From positions 12,599 through 76,598 of the forward strand of contig BLSG01000113.1 in NCBI GenBank assembly GCA_012862495.1: a DNA stretch of 64,000 nt. Direction: 5' to 3'. This document shows, piece after piece, positions 58,654 through 64,000 of this stretch. This DNA is from Thraustochytrium aureum (taxonomy: Eukaryota). The position numbers and the translations under genes are program-made. Within the stretch, counting starts at the first letter, position 1. The number at the start of each line of letters is the position of its first letter. The notes beneath the pieces are model-generated. The model ran no database searches, had not been told where the DNA came from, and worked only from the letters and a program-made list of their open reading frames with translations.

Positions 58654-59945
58654 ATGGAGGGCGTTGTGAGGCGGTTTTCGGATGCCCTGCGGGAATCTGT
58701 GGACGACGTAGCGCGCGCCGTTCTCGCCCCAGCCCGTGGCTCGGGGCCGACCGGGCAAGATAGCCGTGAGCGGTTGAGCGCGCTCACTGCGCGTCTCGAG
58801 GAGGCCGAGGAGGGCGCAGAGTTTTGCTCGCGGATGTATGCGAGGTCGCACGTTTCCCTCCAAGAGCTTGTCCGCCTTGCTGCCGCTGCAGAGCGCGCGG
58901 ACCGAGCCCTCGTGGAGGCGGTAGCCCTGGCCAATGGAGAAAGCTACGAGACGAGCTCTAGGCGCTATTCGCCGCCTTCGTGCCCCGAGGAGGACGTGCC
59001 AACGGCCCAGGAGCCACACCACGGCGCCAGCTGTGCGCACCTCGGAGATGCACAAACGCCGGCTCGAGAGCGCTCGAGTGGCGCTCCCAGCACGCAGCAC
59101 GATGAGCTCGATACTGCGTCGGTGGACAGCGACCCACGGACGCCGACCTTGGAGGACTTTNNNNNNNNNNNNNNNNNNNNNNNNNNNNNNNNNNNNNNNN
59201 NNNNNNNNNNNNNNNNNNNNNNNNNNNNNNNNNNNNNNNNNNNNNNNNNNNNNNNNNNNNNNNNNNNNNNNNNNNNNNNNNNNNNNNNNNNNNNNNNNNN
59301 NNNNNNNNNNNNNNNNNNNNNNNNNNNNNNNNNNNNNNNNNNNNNNNNNNNNNNNNNNNNNNNNNNNNNNNNNNNNNNNNNNNNNNNNNNNNNNNNNNNN
59401 NNNNNNNNNNNNNNNNNNNNNNNNNNNNNNNNNNNNNNNNNNNNNNNGAGGACTTTGGGCTTTCGGTATCAAAGTACTGTGACCCCGCGCAAGAGCCATC
59501 ACTTGGTGACAGCCCTCCACCGCGTGTGTCACAGCAAGGCGTTCGGCGCGCGACGCGCGACGCGCCGCATTTTTTTGCGGCCTCACCGCCCCCAGCGTCG
59601 GGCGCAGAGGCTGGGGCTCGTGGCCGCGGCCTTGGTTCAGCCAGCCCAGACTTGGCATGCGCTGGGGCCGTTGACACGATCGAGCTTAACCTCGTCACCG
59701 ACGCAGAGTTCGAAGGCCTGCCCGCGTATTTGAGGGGCCAAGTCAGCACGGACAGCCTGAATGAAGTGTACCAAGCAGTGACGGTTGTGGCGTGCGAGAA
59801 CCGCGACTTGGCGTTTTCGATGGACCAGGTCGAGGCTCTTGGCCGCCCTGGCGGCTCCGCGATCAAAGCGACGCTGCTCTGTCTGATTCAACTTGGCAAG
59901 CTGGAGGCCGTCGGCTCTGGCAGGTATCACCTCGTGGTGGCTTGA
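58654..59945 (+). CDS. Probable SKA3-like (spindle and kinetochore-associated) protein; gap 59161-59447, frameshift near 59520
   Basis: N-terminal helical bundle with VSLQELV, PRTPTLEDF motif, and C-terminal winged-helix-like VTDAEFEGLPAYLRGQVS...LLCLIQLGKL, as recalled for Ska proteins. Confidence 0.6.
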
Positions 59946-59972
59946 CCCTCTCCAGATGCAGGCACGGGAATA

Positions 59973-60133
59973 GCGGCGTTCTGGGCTAGCGGCATCCCCA
60001 CGCGGCGGCGTTCTGGGCTAGCGGCGTCCCCACGCGGCGGAGTTCTGGGCTAGCGGAATCCCCACCGGGCGGCGTTCTGGGCTAGCGGAACCCCACTCGG
60101 GCGGCGTTCTGGGCTAGCGGAACCCCCACTCGG
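59973..60133. repeat. 32-bp minisatellite, 5 copies
   Basis: Unit gcggcgttctgggctagcgg + (catccccacgcg / cgtccccacgcg / aatccccaccgg / aaccccactcgg / aacccccactcgg). Confidence 0.95.
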
Positions 60134-60225
60134 CGCCGTACGGCGTCTCCATGTACTCTCAATGGAAAGAGTATAGCAGTGTTGTCAAAATCTGAATCTA
60201 TCGTCTATGTCACGTGAGCTGCCGA

Positions 60226-61215
60226 CTACTGATCGGGGAAGCTGAAGATCTGGTACTGGTCCGCTTTGCGGTGCTGATAGTCTTCCGTGCGCTTGCCGTT
60301 CTTCTTGATAAAGTTGCCGGTCGCGCACCAGCCAAAGGTCTTGCCGTCCTTCTCAATTGTGGCAAAGCTCTCGTCAAGCGGCTGCAAGTCGCGGTAGCTC
60401 GAGGCTTTCGGGTCGTACTCGTTCTTGACAACCTCCTTCCTGCGCACGCAGACGTTCCAGTACGGCACCTTGTCCTGCGAGCGGTGGCACTTGAGGGTGA
60501 GCTGCACTCCGCCCATCTCTACAATCCCGTTCACCTTCTGGTCCCCCGCGCAAACGGAAACCTCGTTGACCTTTTGCGGCGCGTTCAGGAGAACGCCTTC
60601 GACATCCACGTAGCGGCCAAGGGGGAAGCCCTCGGAGGCCTCGTCGAAGAGCGGGTCGCCGTCCGTGGGAACGACATATCTGGCTCGAGTCTCCGGGTTG
60701 AAGTCGCTCTCCTCCGTGCACATGTCCTTCGCCATGTACTCGGCAACGTCGTAGTCTGTCGGGCTGACGGACTCGGTGGCAGCTTGGCCGCACGCTTGGC
60801 TGCTGCTCTCCTTGCGCAGGTACACACGGATGCCCGCGATAAACTCGCACGAGTCCAGGATGAACTCGGTCGCAAACTCGTTCAAGAAAGAGTACATGAT
60901 CCGGTCATCGCGCACCGGGTTTCTTCGGGACCAGGAAGCTCTTGGTGCTGGAACCCATCTTGGACTCGAAGTCAAAGATGTGCGGGTCGCCGTACGCGGC
61001 ACACTCGGCTCGGCAGGCTTTTTTGCCGTTGATCGGCTGGTCCATGGGCCGGTTGCAGTTGTAGTCGACCTTGTCCTCAGGGACGGGCGGGGCAAACCCA
61101 AAGCTCCCTGGGTTTGTGCAGACGCCATAGTCCTCCTTAAAGAACAGGGTGGAGTCTTGCCAGAACGAGCCCGGAATAAACTCGGCAACCTTGCACACCG
61201 TGTCGCGCACGTCGA
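60226..61215 (-). CDS. Cys-rich protein with vWD-like GDPH motif, paralog A; 5' part in gap, frameshift near 60910
   Basis: KKACRAECAAYGDPHIFDF (ORF 60905..) continues in the 60226 frame: YSFLNEFA...VSPTDYD...VEMGGVQLTLKCHR...GWCATGN. Confidence 0.85.
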   Translation of the reverse strand, partial: STCATRCARLPSLFRARSGKTPPCSLRRTMASAQTQGALGLPRPSLRTRSTTTATGPWTSRSTAKKPAEPSVPRTATRTSLTSSPRWVPAPRASWSRRNPVRDDRIMYSFLNEFATEFILDSCEFIAGIRVYLRKESSSQACGQAATESVSPTDYDVAEYMAKDMCTEESDFNPETRARYVVPTDGDPLFDEASEGFPLGRYVDVEGVLLNAPQKVNEVSVCAGDQKVNGIVEMGGVQLTLKCHRSQDKVPYWNVCVRRKEVVKNEYDPKASSYRDLQPLDESFATIEKDGKTFGWCATGNFIKKNGKRTEDYQHRKADQYQIFSFPDQ

Positions 61216-62897
61216 NNNNNNNNNNNNNNNNNNNNNNNNNNNNNNNNNNNNNNNNNNNNNNNNNNNNNNNNNNNNNNNNNNNNNNNNNNNNNNNNNNNNN
61301 NNNNNNNNNNNNNNNNNNNNNNNNNNNNNNNNNNNNNNNNNNNNNNNNNNNNNNNNNNNNNNNNNNNNNNNNNNNNNNNNNNNNNNNNNNNNNNNNNNNN
61401 NNNNNNNNNNNNNNNNNNNNNNNNNNNNNNNNNNNNNNNNNNNNNNNNNNNNNNNNNNNNNNNNNNNNNNNNNNNNNNNNNNNNNNNNNNNNNNNNNNNN
61501 NNNNNNNNNNNNNNNNNNNNNNNNNNNNNNNNNNNNNNNNNNNNNNNNNNNNNNNNNNNNNNNNNNNNNNNNNNNNNNNNNNNNNNNNNNNNNNNNNNNN
61601 NNNNNNNNNNNNNNNNNNNNNNNNNNNNNNNNNNNNNNNNNNNNNNNNNNNNNNNNNNNNNNNNNNNNNNNNNNNNNNNNNNNNNNNNNNNNNNNNNNNN
61701 NNNNNNNNNNNNNNNNNNNNNNNNNNNNNNNNNNNNNNNNNNNNNNNNNNNNNNNNNNNNNNNNNNNNNNNNNNNNNNNNNNNNNNNNNNNNNNNNNNNN
61801 NNNNNNNNNNNNNNNNNNNNNNNNNNNNNNNNNNNNNNNNNNNNNNNNNNNNNNNNNNNNNNNNNNNNNNNNNNNNNNNNNNNNNNNNNNNNNNCCGAAG
61901 CGCCGGTTTCTTGAACAAAATCGAGAAGAATTCAGCATCGATCCGTTACACCTTCGTCTGGAGTTGTGTTTGGCTGAATTGTTTCGAGCGCCCTCGGCAG
62001 ACCTGGCCAGAGGGCTGCACTGCTGAATTGGGCTCGCATTGCGCGGCATCGCGCGCTGCCAAAACCGACGTGCCAGGGCCTTGGTTCGTTTCGGAGCGCT
62101 GGTCGTGGCGGTTCTGAACACTGTGCCCCCTCCGAGGTCATCCGAGGCGACTCGCGGGTGCGCCCCGCTCCGACGGCCGCATGTTTTTTGGTAGTGAATC
62201 ATGTTTGAATGTGCGGCGCGTTGTGTGATTCGGCGATGCCGCGCACGTGTCTGGTTCTCTAACCGCAAGAAACTGGCTGGAGGAGCGCGTCCCCCGCGAC
62301 GCTGTGGCACCTTTGTATTCTTGAGGTCGTTCGGTTTTGTTCGGGGTGGCGCACAGTGTTCCGAATTCGGCATCTCTGAACTTGTCGAGAAAGTCGGCCT
62401 GGAGGCCGAGCTCGTCGACCAAGTCAAGCTTATATTTAGAATAAACTGAACGGCAACTCTGATCGGCAACTTTGAGACGTAGCAAGATAGCGGCTTGCGC
62501 AGCACGGCGGATGGGCAAGGGTTCAGCCGCTGGCCCACAACGTTGCCACAGAACGAACATGCAAGCACACTTGCTGGCGTTGGAGTTTTTTGGGAAGTCT
62601 GTGCAGCCTCGTCATCGCGCAACTCGAACCGAGCAGGCCTCTCGGCGCGCAACTGTCCAGATCAGCGAAGCGGAGACGACGCTGAATCTGAAATCCCAAG
62701 TGCAGGATGGCAAGCAGGGTTTTGGGTGTGTTTTGCCCTCTGACGTCCGATGTCGGCCTTGGCCAGCATCCGTTTGGGGCGAGCCCGCACGGCATCACAA
62801 ACGTTGTACTAAAACGAGCTGGTAGAGAGAAGATTGTTTGATGTTGTTCAGCCCGCGTCGCGCATGGATGACAACCCGCTCGGCGATGCTTGCGCCT

Positions 62898-64000
62898 CTA
62901 GGCCTGCTCATCCGGGAAAACAAACTTTTGCGCCTCGCCGCGGTTGCGGTAGACAAACTTGCTCTGGACCTTGCCGCGGCGCCCGGCGTAGTTGCCGGTC
63001 GCGCACCAACCAGAGGTCTTGCCGTCCTTCTCGATGCTGCTAAAGGTCGTGGTGAGCGGCTCGAGGTCCGAGTAGGTCGACGCACCTGAGCTGTAAGCGT
63101 TCTCCACGACTTCCTTCCTGCGCACGCAGACGTTAAAGTACGGAACCTTGGAGCGAGTGCGGTGGCACTTGAGCGTGAGCTGCACGCCGCCCATTTCAAC
63201 GACCCCATCGATCTCCTGCAGCGTGCCAGCGCAAGACGAGACGCTGCTGACCTTGCTCGGCGCGTTCACGAGGTTGCCGTTCACTTTGACAAAGCGGCCG
63301 AGCGAGTAGCCCTGTGAGCCAACATCGTAGCTGGCATCGCCTTCACTGGGGACTGTGATGCGCTTCCGCGTGGCAGGGTTAAAGTCGGACTCTTCGACGC
63401 AATAGTCCTTGGCCATGTACTCCTCGATGTCGTAGTCTGTCGGGGAGACAGATGCAGTGTCGGCGGCAGCACATGCAGTTCCGGTGTTGTCCTTCTTTTG
63501 CCACACACGGACGCCTGCGATGAGCTCGCACGTGTCGAGGAGCATCTCGACGGCGAACTCGTTCATGAACGAGTACAGAACGGTCTCGTCGCGCGAAGGC
63601 TTCTTGGGGACCGTAAAGTCCGCATTCTTGCCGTGGTACGAGTCGTACGGGTAAATGTGGGGGTCCCCGTACGCGGCGCACTCGGCCCTGCACGCCTTCT
63701 TGCCGTCGAGGGGCCTGTCCACCTCGCGGTTGCAGTTGTACTTGGGCTCGCCGCCCGAACCGACTTCCTCCGAGTTGGGAACACCAAATTTGTTGGGGTC
63801 GGTGCAGACGCCATAGTCGCTCTTGAACACGGGGGTGCTATCTTTCCACCAGGTGTCCGTGCTGGCGCTCGGGAGGGTCGGGGAGCAGTCATCGCGAACG
63901 TCGATGGTAACGCTAAGGTGCATCGTCGAGTGCTTGAAGCGGCAGTACGCGTTCCATTCAACCTCCGCATCAGTGTCGCCGCTGCGCTTGGTTCCGTCGG
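62898..64000 (-). CDS. Cys-rich protein with vWD-like GDPH motif, paralog B; extends beyond the window
   Basis: ORF 62898..63923 is colinear with paralog A (CRAECAAYGDPHI, VSPTDYD.EYMAKD.C.EESDFNP, VEMGGVQLTLKCHR, GWCATGN). Confidence 0.88.
   Translation of the reverse strand, partial: DGTKRSGDTDAEVEWNAYCRFKHSTMHLSVTIDVRDDCSPTLPSASTDTWWKDSTPVFKSDYGVCTDPNKFGVPNSEEVGSGGEPKYNCNREVDRPLDGKKACRAECAAYGDPHIYPYDSYHGKNADFTVPKKPSRDETVLYSFMNEFAVEMLLDTCELIAGVRVWQKKDNTGTACAAADTASVSPTDYDIEEYMAKDYCVEESDFNPATRKRITVPSEGDASYDVGSQGYSLGRFVKVNGNLVNAPSKVSSVSSCAGTLQEIDGVVEMGGVQLTLKCHRTRSKVPYFNVCVRRKEVVENAYSSGASTYSDLEPLTTTFSSIEKDGKTSGWCATGNYAGRRGKVQSKFVYRNRGEAQKFVFPDEQA

Noticed and set aside
59973..60133. CRISPR array
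   Set aside because: The putative spacers are only 12-13 nt and homologous to each other, there are no cas genes, and the context is eukaryotic.
1579..61894. ORFs spanning N-runs treated as single long proteins
   Set aside because: Gap lengths are estimates (the frame changes across them in MSH6 and RPLP0), so X-spanning ORF lengths and fusions are artefacts.
1..64000. tRNA, rRNA or snRNA genes
   Set aside because: None recognised by eye. A covariance-model search (tRNAscan-SE/Infernal) would be needed to exclude small ncRNAs in intergenic regions.

Overview
Gene-dense, GC-rich, intron-poor eukaryotic nuclear DNA from a draft assembly with about 20 N-gaps. Short GT-AG introns, P/T-rich mucin-like repeats, GDPH-motif proteins and a flagellar IQ gene (SPATA17) suggest a flagellated protist, possibly a stramenopile such as a thraustochytrid/labyrinthulomycete (inference only). 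About 27 protein genes are supportable. They include MSH6, a SNF2 helicase, USP39, RMI2, a calcineurin-B-like protein, a PIH1 protein, RPLP0, SF3B5, SPF27/BCAS2, FCP1 CTD phosphatase, a CBS protein, DENND4-like, TTC4/Cns1, TRIT1/MiaA, SPATA17, a WD40 protein, HADHB-type thiolase and SKA3-like. Many conserved genes carry single frameshifts, most likely assembly indels. The most notable items are: (1) a bacterial-type tRNA 2-selenouridine synthase (SelU/MnmH) embedded among eukaryotic genes; (2) a thioredoxin-like [2Fe-2S] + helical + FNR-like FAD-binding fusion; (3) a catalytically altered IS630/Tc1/mariner-like transposase gene that looks domesticated; (4) a vWA-mucin-multipass membrane protein with an internally deleted tandem paralog; (5) a divergent XLF/PAXX-like NHEJ candidate; (6) an in-frame TAG inside TTC4. 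All family calls come from motif recognition by eye; no database search was run.
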